In this document: piece after piece, positions 12,949 through 27,200 of the stretch
How positions within the stretch are numbered: position 1 is the first letter of the stretch
Layout of the letters: every line of letters begins with the position of its first letter
Origin: Macrostomum hystrix
Lineage: Eukaryota > Animalia > Platyhelminthes
Direction: 5' to 3'
Length of the DNA: 64,000 nt
NCBI GenBank assembly: GCA_950097015.1
Contig: CATNEN010000011.1
Span: 1,798,001-1,862,000 of the forward strand
Program-made: the position numbers and the translations under genes
The notes under the pieces: model-generated
Seen by the model: the letters and a program-made list of their open reading frames with translations, nothing else
Told to the model about the DNA's origin: nothing
Databases searched by the model: none

Positions 12949-15900
12949 ATGGCAGTGTCTAACCGTGTTTGTGGCTTCAAAGTTGGCAATCCATCTGACA
13001 TCCCGGCACGATTCAAATGCTGCCGGTGCTTACATGTGCTACGATCACCTGTACAAGGCGACTGTGGTCACAGGTACTGCCAGGATGCAATAAAAAGTGA
13101 TGGCTTCGCTTGCATAGCCTGCCAAAATGAAGGCGAAAGTGAAATACCGCAACTAAGCCGAGATTCAGTTTATCCTGACACTGCAATGCAGCGTGAAATT
13201 AGTAAGTACAAATTTCAATGTCCATGGACACCTTGTCCTAAAAAAATGATGCTGTCAGACCTGGTGCAACACGTTGAGTTAGATTGTGAGCACAGAGAAA
13301 TATGTTGCGATCAGTGTGAGCTGCTGATACCAGCCAGCAGTATGGCAGAGCACAGCAACAGCCAGTGTCCTAAGCGAAGCTACGAATGCCAATCCTGCAA
13401 AATCAAGGTGCCATTCAACACACTCGAACAACATTTGAATAGCGAATGCATTGGCAGCACCGAGCAGTGCCGGTCCTGTTTGGCCAGAGTTCGCGACACG
13501 GACGAAGCCAGGCTTGAGCACGCAAAGAATGACTGTCCTGTAGGCTGGATAAATGGTCAGGCTTGTCCATTCGGCTGCGGTGTGGTAGAAGATGCCGAAG
13601 CTCACAGGACTGACTGCTTAGCGATGCATGTTGACCGGCAGCTGGCCAAGCTGCGCGGTGGCTCACATTTTGATGGACAACAAGCTGGAGATTCTGGCGC
13701 CACAGCGTTAGAGGTCAGCACTTTAATAATAGCAATAAGTGCAGGAGGTCTCCGGGCAATGGCACATCATTTGGTGACACTAGACCCGCAGCCGGCGAGG
13801 AGGCAATTCTGCTTATTTCGCTGACTCCAGTGCACAAGCGCGCGCGGGCACACACACATCGTCAGGCAGTGTACACTTTCACTGTGCCCTGGAGGTTGGC
13901 CCTCAAAGGGCGTAATTTGCACGACAAGCTCCCAAGCCTTCTCTCCACAGCTGCGCCCCAATTTAATGCGGCCTCCCCGTGGAATCGAACTCAGGGACCT
14001 TGGTGCAAGAGGCAAACGCGTTAACCGCTCTGCTACTGACCCCTCCCCTCCCAGGTCAGCGCATTGGTCCAACAGCTACTTAGGAACCAATCTGAAATTA
14101 AACAGATTTTCTCAATCCAATCCACTTTGTCTAGGCTCCCGTTGAAGAGGAAAACTACGAGGCTCACGTTCTATTAGTAGAGGGAATTCTTGGCACAGCT
14201 GAGCTTGTCTGCAACCTGAACGAGTTCGGCCATCCCGGCCAACCGAAGCCGGCAGGCCGCAACACCTCTGCTCAGAAAGCTTTCTTTGATCGATGGATAT
14301 TCGCGGGTAAAGCAGCGCAACAATTGGACAAAGAGCGGAACATGATGGACCAGAAGCTGTCTGTTGCTTATCGAGCGATGGAGCCACTGACGTCTGCCAT
14401 GACCAGACAGTATGAGGAACTCAGCTCTGCCGACTCTGTCTATAAAGAGTTGCTTTGCGCAATGTCACTCAAGGTCATAATTCACTTACTGATCATAGTT
14501 GGAGTTGTTAAAAAAAGATGCCATTAAAATGCTAATTTTAGTTTAGACTTAAATTGGGAAATAAAATAGTTTCCAAATATTGGTTCACTGGACACGGAAG
14601 AGATAAGACACGGTTAGAGATAAGACACGGGTAGAGATGAGACCGAGCAGAGAGAAACCATGGGAGAGTTAAGACGAGGGATGAGGCACGGAAGAGATAA
14701 TATATGAGATAGATAGGACAGGGCAGAGATAAGCGAAACCACGGGAGAGATAAGACGGGGATGAGACACGGGAGAGATGAGACACGGGAGAGATAAGACA
14801 CGGAAGAGATGAGACACGGGAGAGATAAGACACGGGAGAGATAAGACATGGAAGAGATCAGACACGGGAGAGATAAGACACGTGAAGTGATAAGACACGG
14901 GGAGAGATTAGACACGGGGAGAGATTAGACACGGAAGAGATGAGACACGTGAAGAGAGATAAGACACGGGGAGAGATGAGACATAGGAGAGATAATATAT
15001 GATATAGATGAGACAGGGCAGAGAGAAATCACGGGAGAGATAAGACCGGGGAGAGATAAGACACGGTTAGAGATAAGACACAGGGAGAGATAAGACACGG
15101 GTAGAGATGAGACCGAGCAGAGAGAAACCATGGGAGAGATAAGACGAGGGATGAGGCACGGAAGAGATAATATATGAGATAGATAGGACAGGGCAGAGAT
15201 AAGCGAAACCACGGGAGAGATAAGACGGGGATGAGACACGGGAGAGATGAGACACGGGAGAGATAAGACACGGGAGAGATGAGACACGGAAGAGATGAGA
15301 CACGGGAGAGATAAGACACGGGAGAGATAAGACACGGAAGAGATGAGACACGGGAGAGATAAGACATGGAAGAGATCAGACACGGGAGAGATAAGATACG
15401 GAGAGAGATAAGACACGGGGAGATATGAGACATAGAAGAGATAAGATATGATATAGATGAGACAGGGCAGAGAGAAATCACGGGAGAGATAAGACCGGGG
15501 AGAGACTAGACACAGGAGATGAGACACAAAATATATGAGACCTTGTTCGCTTTTCCAGGAAGTGCGAATATGCGACCTGGAACGCAGCATCTCATTGCAA
15601 GAGCTGGGCAGCACCGATGGCACTCTGGTTTGGAAGATCTCTTTTTATAAAGAGAGGATCAGCAACACAGAGTACGAGCCCGTTCTCTTCTCACCTGCTC
15701 TGCTCACCGATAAGTTTGGGTGAGAGTTATTTTTGTTTATCTATGCTATCAAAGGAGGGGGTTGTGAGTGGCTGAGTGGTTAAAACGCGATTGACAAAAA
15801 TCCCAGAGCCCTACAGATTCAACCCTAAAAGCGCAGTGAGAGCGTAAGCTGCCTGATGAGGAGAAGAAATTCAGGGGCAGATGTACACACCTGTGTGAGT

Positions 15901-16361
15901 GTTTGCTCAGGGGTCTGTGGTGGAAGGGACAGAATTGCCTCCTCGCTGGCTGCGGGACACTGTCAGTATAGAATATGCCATATCGTGCCTTTAACGCGCG
16001 TTTCCTCAGTTACAAGCTCACTGGAGTGATCTACCTGAATGGCCAAGGGTCCGGTCGCGACACTCACCTCAGCGTGTTCGCTCGCATCAACAAAGGCCCC
16101 TACGATGGCGCCCTTCCGTGGCCTTTGAAACAGAAAGTGATTTTCACTCTGCTAAGCCAGACTTCGCCAAGCGAGCATTTAGTCAAGACGGTCGAGCCAG
16201 ACAGTAGCTCGCAGTTCCAGCGGCCCTTCCAGCCAATGGGCCAGCCGTTTGGCATTGAGAAATTCTATCCGAAAGACGACCTAGAGTCCAAGGGCTACCT
16301 GAAGGACGACACTCTGTTTGTTAAAATTCAAGTGGCCAAACCGGCGCTGCGAAATTTTTAG
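12949..16361 (+). CDS. TRAF: TNF receptor-associated factor (RING-like, TRAF zinc fingers, coiled coil, MATH). Exons 12949-13713, ~14183-14473, 15559-15719, 16010-16361; ~522 aa
   Basis: CCRCLHVLRSPVQGDCGHRYC RING-like start; CxxxC/H TRAF fingers; DGTLVWKI, FSPA, G|YKL, YLNGQGSGRDTHLSVF, YDGALPWP, FQRP, GYLKDDTLF MATH motifs. Junction phases are consistent (total 1569 nt). The exon-2 acceptor is the least certain. Symbol is family-level. Confidence 0.92.
13742..14040 (-). mobile_element. tRNA-derived SINE, family A
   Basis: Minus strand begins tcagtagcagagcggttaacgcg...gttcgattcc (A and B boxes); body recurs at 25715, 30245, 38588, 41241, 47735 and 49922. Confidence 0.8.
14590..15530. repeat. 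Purine-rich minisatellite (gagagat[a/g]agacacgg-type) with higher-order duplication, TRAF intron 2
   Basis: Direct tandem repetition; blocks at ~14600-14880 recur at ~15085-15380. Confidence 0.9.
15765..15970 (+). mobile_element. Diverged family-A SINE copy in TRAF intron 3
   Basis: tRNA-like start (gtggctgagtggttaaaacgcg) and shared body gcagatgtacacacctgtgtg...cagaattgcctcctcgctggctgcggg. Confidence 0.6.
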
Positions 16362-18260
16362 GCTGGCACCTCGCATTTTTTAAAAAGCATTTTTTTCGAA
16401 GGCAATTATTATTATTTATATTTATATTTTACATTACTATTGTGCAGTTAGACTTGTTTAGTTTTAAACTGCACTTAAAAGAAGCATTTCTTATGGATTT
16501 TAAATTAATCTAAAGGTTAGTTGCATTTTGTATGTTAAATATTTTTCCACATGAAGGACAGAAATTGAACACCAAAAAATTAGGAATTAGGAAAAATTCT
16601 ATAAAAAACCAGACTGCACAATGGTACCGTACCGTTACTTATATTATATATTATACATATATTTCATATTTTTTAAAACTGGTTTTCAAATCACCCAGCA
16701 TTTACAAATTCAGTTACTTATTTAGCTTCTTTGCAAAAATTATTTTTCTTATCGTTTTTATATAGAAAAGCTATTTATATAAAATTACTTTCTATATATA
16801 TATAATTTTTACATTCTTTTTTTATTTTTACACTGAATAGTAAAGCTTGCATTTCACTGGCATTTTTTTGCTTTACAAAGGACTTAAACTGACTTTTTGC
16901 ATAAACATTTTTATGTCTATCTTGTCTGCCATGCCTTTTTATAATAGCCAGTTACGAAATGCATTTTTTGCTATTCAAAAGTGGGCTTTCGAAAATCATG
17001 CATTTAATTAGTGCGATAAAAATAGCATTGAAATCAATTTAAAATGCCTCATCTTATGGCTTTTGTATGCAGTTAAGCTATAAGGGCATTTTATTTTGTT
17101 TTTTTTCAGTGGCTATTCCGGTGCCGGTCATCGGTAACAACTTCTTTTTTGTTTGCGATTCAAGTGAACTCTATATGACCGACTAAAACTAGTTTACATT
17201 ATATGGTAATAATTATGGTAAAGTTATAAATTACGTTTAGCAAATGCACATTGAATAAATTTTAAGAGGCTGCTAATTTATTGATTTATTAAAGTGGAAA
17301 GTTTTATTTCGCATGGAAATTGCAAACCTGGACCCAAAAGGCACCAAATTCGCACTGATCACTTCGAATATGCGACTCGTATTTCCCATACATTATCTCT
17401 CCTACGTCTCGTCTCTCCCTTGTCTCATCACTCCTGCCGCATCTTTTCCCTATATCACATCTGTCCTGTCTCATCACTCTCCCGTTTTGTCTCTCCCCGT
17501 CACTTAGCTGTCCATTTTCTCATCTCTCCTGTCTCATCTCGCCCCAATAACTCCGTGACTAATTTCTAATTGACTTTTGCACATAACACTGGTAGCCTAG
17601 CTTGACCTTCCGCGCGTAAAACAGCTTTGACTTTATTAATACAGTTCAGAGATTCATAAAACTGGCACTTTTACTGGAAAGTAGAAAAAGTTGTCGTAGA
17701 AAAAGTTGCTCGCGCGTACATAGTAGACATTTTTCACCAACTGATAACGTTTTGCCAGCACTGCTTTTTCACCAGATTCAAGTTTTCAAAATAGTTTCAA
17801 AGAGTTTCAAAAATAGATAAAGCCGGTCGACTAAAATTTTAAATTGAAGATCTTGTTAATTTAGTTAATGCCTTAAACCAGATTTGTACTCTTTAGTTTC
17901 ACAAAAGCAACAACGTATTGAAATTTAAATGATAATTATTATATTAGGTTAGCATAAAATTGTTAAAAATCGCGCTTTAAAGTCGCTACCTTTTTAAATC
18001 ATTGAATAATATTTGCTACATTAACTGGTACTTTTAGTTACTGTTTAGTTACAATAATGAATATATTGAATTTGGTTAACGAAGGTCTTTTTAACGATCC
18101 CTCAGTAATAAAAAATACAGAAAAAAAATCGAAGTAACAATTTTCTATTAACTGTTCCAAAAAAACTTTTTTAGATTTGTATTTTTCCTTAAAATTTGTT
18201 TTTACCAGCACCGTCGCAAAAGAAAAAGACATTCCCCCCAAAGTTACAACTCTGCCTCGC

Positions 18261-21200
18261 TCAGCCAGAGGACCGCAGTACGACAGTATGTCCTCGACTG
18301 CTAATCGGTGCAGACTTTTCTAGCCTTGGCTCACTGCCAGCTGTGCATAGGCCGCAGGTGCGTTGACATGCCGTGCTCACAAACGATGTGCCGCACTGGC
18401 CTTTGCGTTTGAGCAGTAGGCAGCGACGCAGCGACATGATGTTTCGACAGGCTGCGGGTTGGTACATTGTATGTATCGATAATTTGCGAAGCCTGTGCGA
18501 AAAACCACTGCACTTAAACTCGTAAAACAAAATTTTTGACGCTTTGACGCTTTTTGTGTTTGCGAAATGCGTATTTTTAGTCAAGCACACAAAACAACTT
18601 GTGTTTCACCCCCGCGGGCTATTGCTCCAAAGATCGACGGAAATGAGTCACATTGCTTATTTTCAGCGCACAAATATGTTTACGAAATTGTGTATAGAGT
18701 TTGCAGCAACGAGCAAATATAGCTATATTTTAGTAGCTATATATTAAGACCTTTAAATTGGATTTTACATTTTCCCAGATCAACAAACGCAGCTGCATTA
18801 TATCATTCACAGTGCAGGATGAAGTCTTGTACACTCACAGGCTTTGGCCTTCTTGGTGTGGCATAGTTCGCATGTCTCCCGGCACATCTTCAGCATGGTG
18901 TACGGATTGCTGGCGCAATGGCCGGCAGCTCGCCAGCGCTGGCATTTGTCAGCTGGTGCGTCATCCTTGCATAGGAGCTCCGGGAACTCTGACCAAGGAG
19001 ATAGGGTGGTTGTCGCAAATTTGGTTTGGGGTAGTGAAACTCTGACCAAGGAGATGGGGTGGTTGTCACAATTGGTTTAGAGTAGTGAAACTCTGACCAA
19101 GGAGATAGGGTGGTTGTCGCAAATTTGGTTTGGGGTAGTGAAACTCTGACCAAGGAGATGGGGTGGTTGTCACAATTGGTTTAGAGTAGTGAAACTCTGA
19201 CCAAGGAGATAGGGTGGTTGTCGCAAATTTGGTTTGGGGTAGTGAAACTCTGACCAAGGAGATGGGGTGGTTGTCACAATTGGTTTAGAGTAGTGAAACT
19301 CTGACCAAGGAGATGGGGTGGTTGTCGCAAATTTGGTTTAGGGTAGTGAAACTCTGACCAAGGAGATGGGGTGGTTGTCACAAATTTGGTTTAGGGGAAT
19401 CAAACTCTGACCAAGGAGATGGGGTGGTTGTCGCAAATTTGGTTTGGGGTAGTGAAACTCTGACCAAGGAGATGGGGTGGTTGTCGCAAATTTGGTTTAG
19501 GGTAGTGAAACTCTGACCAAGGAGATGGGGTGGTTGTCGCAAATTTGGTTTAGGGTAGTGAAACTCTGACCAAGGAGATGGGGTGGTTGTCACAATTGGT
19601 TTGGGGGAGTCAAACTGACCGACGTCTCAAGAAAGGCGAAGAACTCACTCTTCACGCACTGACACATCTCCGGCTTGACACACTTTCTGCCGTCCAGTAC
19701 CAGGCCCTTGCGACAGGCGCAGCCCTCTCTGATTGGCAGGTGGTAGCAGCTGGATTTGGTGCCGAAGAAGAGGTTCTCGCAGGATCGCGGACATGGATGC
19801 ATGTTGGTGGTGTACACCTTGTCTCTGTCGCATTGCTTTGCTGTGGATGTGATGTCAAATTAGGGATGTGAAAAATAACTGAATACGTAAACATGTTTTG
19901 GCATTCGGTTTTTTCTTGATAATTTGGTGTCGTAGGAGCAAAATTTTGGTGGTACAAATACTAGCTTATACTCCTAAGATATCATTTGTAGATATCAACG
20001 TCTCTAAATTCTTGCGATGAGGTGCTGCTTACGAGCGTATTGTCACAAAATTCTAAGATCAAGGACTAGTAAGCTACTTAAATATGGTTGCGTGATCACT
20101 CACGGCAGAAGGTCTTTGTTCGCCAGCGCGCGCCTGGAAAGCCGGCTTCGGCGCACTGCTCGGCCAGGTCTTTGTGCGCCTCACAGACGGCCCGCCGCAT
20201 CTCGGCCGGCTTCAGCCGATTGACGCAGGCGTCGTTTCGACAGTCGTTGGTCAGAGCCAGTGCCGGCACGCGGCCGCTAGCGATGCACCGGCCGAACGGG
20301 CCGCGTGGATCGCTCAGTCGACGGCACAGGGCGCGCGCCCGAGGAATCCAGGCATTGCTGCAGGCGCTCGAAGCGCTCAACACTGGAGCATTTTTGCACC
20401 TGTGCGGGAGGTGGGTTATCGATGCGAATGAAAGGAAATGAAATGTGTCAATGAAAATATAAAGACCGGCTATAGAGTGCACCATAAGACACAATTGATG
20501 ACCGGTTTGAATGTCTATGGTAAAAGTACAAATTTCTTGATCAAGCTGTGATAGTGGAAATTATATATGGATTGAGCCAGGCGATATAGGCTTTGGCCAT
20601 AGATATTCCAAAAACGAAACACATAGACAATACATATAAGATACCCAAATAGGCCAAAGTCCAAAGCCGTTTTAGGCCATAGACAACGATTTCAAAAGGA
20701 GGTTATACTATGTAATTAATTGCCGCTTGGCTCGGCCCATAGACTATTGTTTAACAATTTGATGAATACACCAATGAGACAGGGCCAAGCGGGGAATAAA
20801 CGACTGCGAAATACAGGAATAGTAAAAGCTATAAAAAGTTCAGTCACAGTAAAAATAGAAATGGCTGACTAAAAAGGAACCTAGACTTCTAAGCTTTCCG
20901 TGAAAGCTAAAAATAGAATGTTCGTTTCTCTGTGCACTTTAATCTAAATGTCGACATGTGCGTTTCTTGGGTAACAAATAAAAGCTTTCATCGTACTAGC
21001 GGACCAGCAAAGTACCTTTTTCCGGGCTTATCAGAATCATCTGGCACCCTGAAGCTGTTGCCAACCAAGTTATCCCTCTCAAAGTGCTCCTGCTTGGCGA
21101 TCACATTGACGCCCTCCCTAGTCATGTAGTCGTCATTCTGCTTGCCGTTGCAGTTGCCGCAGAGGCCGATCATGCGACCGGCGTATTCTTTGCCAACCTC

Positions 21201-24200
21201 AACGTAGCCGGTGTAGCGACCGTCGAATGCCGCTGTGAAGCGACAATTAGTGGCAACAAACTGAACGTAGGAGCCGGAGTAGAAGATGCGAACACCGCCC
21301 GAGCTGTAGGGCAGGCTAGTGATTTTGCCGTCAATCTGATGGTTTTAATATTGCCAGTGTAGCTTTGACATCGAAGGTCCCAATCAAGATGTACCCTTGA
21401 AATCTGTTAAGATTTATTGATAAAACGCTTCTGTCCAATCAATAGTCTAGATTTACTGATAAGACGCGTTTGTCCAATCAAACGTCTAGATTTATTGATA
21501 AAACGCTTCTGTCCAATCAATAGTCTAGATTTACTGATAAGACGCGTTTGTCCTATCAAACGTCTAGATTTATTGATAAGACGCGTTTGTCCAATCAAAC
21601 GTCTAGATTTACTGATAAGACGCGTTTGTCCTATCAAACGTCTAGATTTATTGATAAGACGCGTTTGTCCAATCAAACGTCTAGATTTATTGATAAGACG
21701 CGTTTGTCCAATCAAACGTCTAGATTTATTGATAAGACGCGTTTGTCCTATCAAACGTCTAGATTTATTGATAAGACGCGTTTGTCCTATCAAACGTCTA
21801 GATTTATTGATAAGACGCGTTTGTCCAATCAAACGTCTAGATTTATTGATAAGACGCGTTTGTCCTATCAAACGTCTAGATTTATTGATAAGACGCGTTT
21901 GTCCTATCAAACGTCTAGATTTATTGATAAGACGCGTTTGTCCTATCAAACGTCTAGATTTATTGATAAGACGCGTTTGTCCAATCAAACGTCTAGATTT
22001 ATAGATAAGAGGCTTTTGTCCAATCAAACGTCTAAATTTATTGATAAGACGCGTTTGTCCAATCAAACGTCTAGATTTATAGATAAGAGGCTTTTGTCCA
22101 ATCAAACGTCTAAGTTTATTGATAAGACGCGTTTGTCCAATCAAACGTCTAGATTTATAGATAAGAGACTTCTGTCCTATCACAGGTCTTGATTTATTGA
22201 TGTGAAAAAGCTTCTTTAAAATGATAAATTAAAATTATTTATTATTACCCTGAATTCTCTCACGACTCATATGGGTATGCAGGTAGTAGGTTATGGAAAT
22301 GATCAACAGAAGTGCACAGGGTCTCACCAGCAGTCGTTTGTGCTGATGCAGTCTGAAGGTGTGTCCAAGCATTCTTACATCCAGAAGCCTGACATAAGTG
22401 TAGTTCTTATTATCGCCGTGGTGTTCATTTTTCACCTGAACCTCGAACGCGCACGGGTCGGCCGAGTTTCTCAGCTTGGTCAGAGTGTACTTGCACTCGC
22501 CTTGAAAGTGCAGCGGCACTCCGTCGTACATTAGAAAGTGAGGATCGCCGAGGGCGTCGCAACGGCACGCTAAAAAATATTTGCGATACGGGTCTGAAAG
22601 AATCTGCGGTACATCAAAGAATCTGGAGAGAAGTCGGCACATCAAAGAATCTGGAGAGAAGTCGGCACATCAAAGAATCTGGAGAGAAATCGGCACATCA
22701 AAGAATCTGAAGAGAAGTTGGCACATCAAAGAATCTGGAGAGAAATCGGCACATCAAAGAATCTGAAGAGAAGTCGGCACATCAAAGAATCTGGAGAGAA
22801 GTCGGCACATCAAAGAATCTGGAGAGAAGTTGGCACATCAAAAAATCTGGAGAGAAATCGGCTCATCAAAGAGTCTGGAGAGAAGTCGGTACATCAAAGA
22901 ATCTGGAGAGAAATCGGCACATCAAAGAATCTGGAGAGAAGTCGGCACATCAAAGAATCTAGAGAGAAGTCGGCACATCAAAGAATCTGGAGAGAAGTCG
23001 GCATGTGATGTGTTGGCACATCAAAGACACTAGGTTGATATCGGCACATCAAAGAAACTTCATTGATTTCGGCACATCAAAGAAACTACGTTGATGCAGG
23101 CACATCAAAGAAATTAGGTTGATGTCGGCACATCAAAGAAACTTCATTGATTTCGGCACATCAAAGAATCTGGAGAGAAGTCGGCACATCAAAGAATCTT
23201 GAGAGAAGTCGGCACATCAAAGAATCTAGAGAGAAGTCGGCATGTGATGTATTGGCACATCAAAGACACTAGGTTGATATCGGCACGTCAAAGAAACTTC
23301 ATTGATTTCGGCACATCAAAGAAACTACGTTGATGCAGGCACATCAAAGAAATTAGGTTGATGTCGGCACATCAAAGAAACTTCATTGATTTCGGCACAT
23401 CAAAGAATCTGGAGAGAAGTCGGCACATCAAAGAATCTTGAGAGAAGTCGGCACATCAAAGAATCTAGAGAGAAGTCGGCATGTGATGTATTGGCACATC
23501 AAAGAAACTACGTTGATGTCGGCACATCAAAGAAATTAGGTTGATGTCGGCACATCAAAGAAACTAGGTTGATGTCGGCAGATCAGATAATGTCGGAAGA
23601 TTTGGGCTTATCAGAGAATATCAGAGAATACTTATCTGGCCATAATTATGAGATAAGGCAAAAATTTTTCACAGACTAAAAAACTTACTCTTTCTTTCAG
23701 CGCACACTTCGGTGTCCACATCAGTCATTTGGCGACAGTTGCCGAGCCGATCCTTGATATAGTAGATTGTTACCACCTTCTGCTTTCCAGCTACGCACGG
23801 CTTTTCAACCGTTTTAGGTTTAGGGCATCCTGTTTGCGGCGAAAAAGGTAGAAAAAACTACTTATCTTGAAAAACAATATGTTTTTCATACCACAAAAAT
23901 GTAAAGTTTTCTTTAATAGACACAATCTACTCACTGCAGGGCTTCACAACACGACGTCTTTTGAGCTTGCAGACGCAGCGTTCCAGCCGGTGCTCGAGAT
24001 ACTCGTATACTCGCTTGTTGCCGATGCACTTTCGACGCAGCACTCGCTTGTTAGCCGGGCAAGCTAATAAATATTAGCAATTTTGTTTTGTTTATCACTG
24101 GCCAATAAAGTGTGACGCCATTTTTTTTCCGACAAAATTCAATGTAGTTAAATATACAATTAGATGCTAGCACTTCTAGCTTATTAGTCGGCACACGTTG

Positions 24201-27200
24201 CTAAAAATAGCTTAGTGTACATACATGTTGCTAAAAATAGCTTTGTGTACATACTATGTTGCTAAAATTAGCTTTGTGTACATACTATATTGCTAAAAAT
24301 AGCTTTGTGTACATACTGTGTTGCTAAAAATAGCTTTGTGTGTACATGTTGCTAGAAATAGCTTTGTGCACAATGATACTAAAATTTATTTCTAGGCATG
24401 TTGCTAAAAATTACTTTCCGCGAATTTCGCTAAACGTTTTACTTTGCGAAGGGCTCCTTAACGGTCACCTCTTCAGAATTTCCTATCCTGAATATTCTAA
24501 AATTTTCTTCTGAAAGCATTCAAAGATTAGGAAAATGTTTAGTTACTAAAAATAATTTAAATTCTCACAGATCCTGTTTCGGTGATGACTCCTGGAACGG
24601 TGACAACGGTTCCCGCTGAGCTTGTAGCTGGTTCGGATTGTTTGGATTTTATTTTCCACGCATCGGCGCTTCACTCTGGGCTTGGGGCAGGCTGCGATCA
24701 ACATAAGCGTTTGTGTAGATTTAGTGTCTTATAATCAAAAGGACAGATGCAAATATAATAGTGAGAAATCGAATGGGAAAGACAAACTAAATGGTAGAAT
24801 ATAAGTATAAGAAATAGCAGATTTTAAGTAGGGGATCTCGAGTTCACTCGTTGATTAAACCTGCTCCAATCGGGTCAGATGTGCAGCCGACTGCACAGCC
24901 GCTGCTATTGCGTGGCGCAACTGAAGGCTGCGTACAGCTGTTCAGTCCTTGGACTGTGGGGACGCCACACCCAACTTCATGCAGTTACCCCAGCTGATGC
25001 TGGTACCCATTTAACAACTGGCTGAACTGAAGCAATGCAGAGTTAATTGTCTTGCTAACTGACACAAATTGTTCAAGTGGAGCCGGGAATCGAACCACCG
25101 ACTTTCAAGTCGGAATTCCGACGCTGTAACCACTGGGCTACAGTCCCCGCTCGAGGGGTAGAATTAGAGTGGGTAGAATTAGAGTGGGTAGAATTAAGAG
25201 GGTAGAATTAGAGAGGGTAGAATTAGAGTGGGTAGAATTAGAGTGGGTAGAATTAAGAGGGTAGAATTAGAGTGGGTAGAATTAAGAGGGTAGAATTAGA
25301 GAGGGTAGAATTAGAGTGGGTAGAATTAGAGTGGGTAGAATTAGAGTGGGTAGAATTAGAGTGGGTAGAATTAGAGTGGGTAGAAACAGGAAGGTAGAAT
25401 TGGAGAGAAAGAGCAGCCACTAACCGCATCGAATCTTCTTTGTTGAGACTTTCTTGCGGCACTGACAGTTGACCAGCTCCTCGTGCTCATAGAAGATGCT
25501 CTGATAGCCGTCGCTGCGGCAGACGCCTTTCGTCTTCTTCTTGAGAATCTTGCACTCTGCGAGATTCAATTAAAAAAATTATAAATTTTTGCAGGAGGGT
25601 TGTGGCACTTGCACATCATTTGGAGACAGCAGACCCGCAGACAGCGTGTAGGCAATTCTGTAGGCCCGTTTCTGTTGGCTTTGAAACACGCACGCACACA
25701 GGTGTGTACATCTGCCCTGACTTTCTCATCATCAGGCAGTGTACACATTCACTGAGCATTGGAGGTTGGCCCTCAAGGGCGTATATTGAACGACAAGCCT
25801 TCTCTCCGCGGCTGCGCCCAAATGAATGTGGCCTCGCCGCGGAATCGAGCTCAGGACCTTGGTGCGATACGCGAACGCGTTAGACCACACTACGAGATAA
25901 GATCTGTTGGTGTTTTTTACTCGAACAAAAGTACAAACATTTCAAGATACAGCTGTTAAAAGTACACTAGAGCAAGAAGACAGAAGTTCCCTGCCAAATC
26001 ACGGTATTAATCTATTTCTTATGAAAGTCAAGCAGCAGATAAGCAAAGCCTACTGGGTTTCTCCTTAGTAATTCTCGATCTGCGAATGCACTCCTTAGGT
26101 GTCAGAGTATAAGTAACATAGGTTGACACAACGTAGTTATTGATGCACTCCCTGGCTCTGTAGTCCTTCGGGCAGGAGCATCGCTCTCTGCGAACTTTCA
26201 CCTGTCTGACGCATTTGCAGTCGCTGGCCCTGTAACTGACCAGCTTCACCTTGCGGTAGCCGTCATCGCCGCATGGAGATCGGTCTGGCTTCTCCTTCTC
26301 ATAGCAGACTGCAGATTTTTGAGATTATTGAATTAAGGTTAGTTCGTTCGGTGTTCGGTGTGGGTTCTGCTTATGGCGTGGGTTCTGCTTATGGCGTGGG
26401 TTCTGCTTATGGCGTGGGTTCTGTCTATGGGATGGGTTCTGTTTATGGGATGGGTTCTGCTTATGGCGTGGGTTCTGTTTATGGGATGGGTTCTGTTTAT
26501 CTGGTGGGTTCTGTTTACGGGATGGGTTCTGTTTACGGGATGGGTTCTGTTTACGGGATGGGTTCTGTTTACGGGATGGGTTCTGTTTACGGGATGGGTT
26601 CTTATACGGGATGGGTTCTGTTTACGGGATGGGTTCTGTTTACGGGATGGGTTCTGTTTACGGGATGGGTTCTGTTTATCCGGTGGGTTCTGTTTATGGG
26701 ATGCGTTCTGTTTATGGGATGGGTTCTGTTTATGGGATGGGTTCTGTTTATCGGGCGGGTTCTGTTTATGGGAGGGGCTCTGTTTATGGGATAAGTTCTG
26801 TCTATGGGATGGGTTCTGTTTATCCGGTGGGTTCTGTTTATGGGATGGGTTGCGTTTATCCGATGGGTTCTGTTTATCGGGTGGGTTCTGTTTATGGGAT
26901 GGGTTCTGTCTATGGATTGGGTTCTGTCTATGGAATGGGTTCTGTTTATGGGGTGGGTTCTGTTTATGGGGTGGGTTCTGTTTATCGGATAGGTTCTGTT
27001 TATGGGATGAGTTCTGTCTATGGGATAGGTTCTGTCTATAGGATAGGTTCTGTCTATGGGATGGGTTCTGTCTATGGGATGGGTTCTGTTTACGGGATGG
27101 GTTCTGTTTATCCGGTGGGTTCTGTTTATGGGATGCGTTCTGTTTATGGGATGGGTTCTGTTTATGGGGTGGGTTCTGTTTATCGGATAGGTTCTGTTTA

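Noticed and set aside
13714-13824. C-terminal extension of the 291-aa TRAF ORF
   Set aside because: Runs past the donor at 13714 into a SINE; intronic.
13960-14040. tRNA-like sequences (also at ~25080, 35030, 57830)
   Set aside because: A/B boxes are attached to shared SINE bodies and lack complete cloverleaf pairing; treated as SINE heads.
21407-22192. ORFs of 195-258 aa on both strands
   Set aside because: The 39-bp unit is a multiple of three; intronic repeat.
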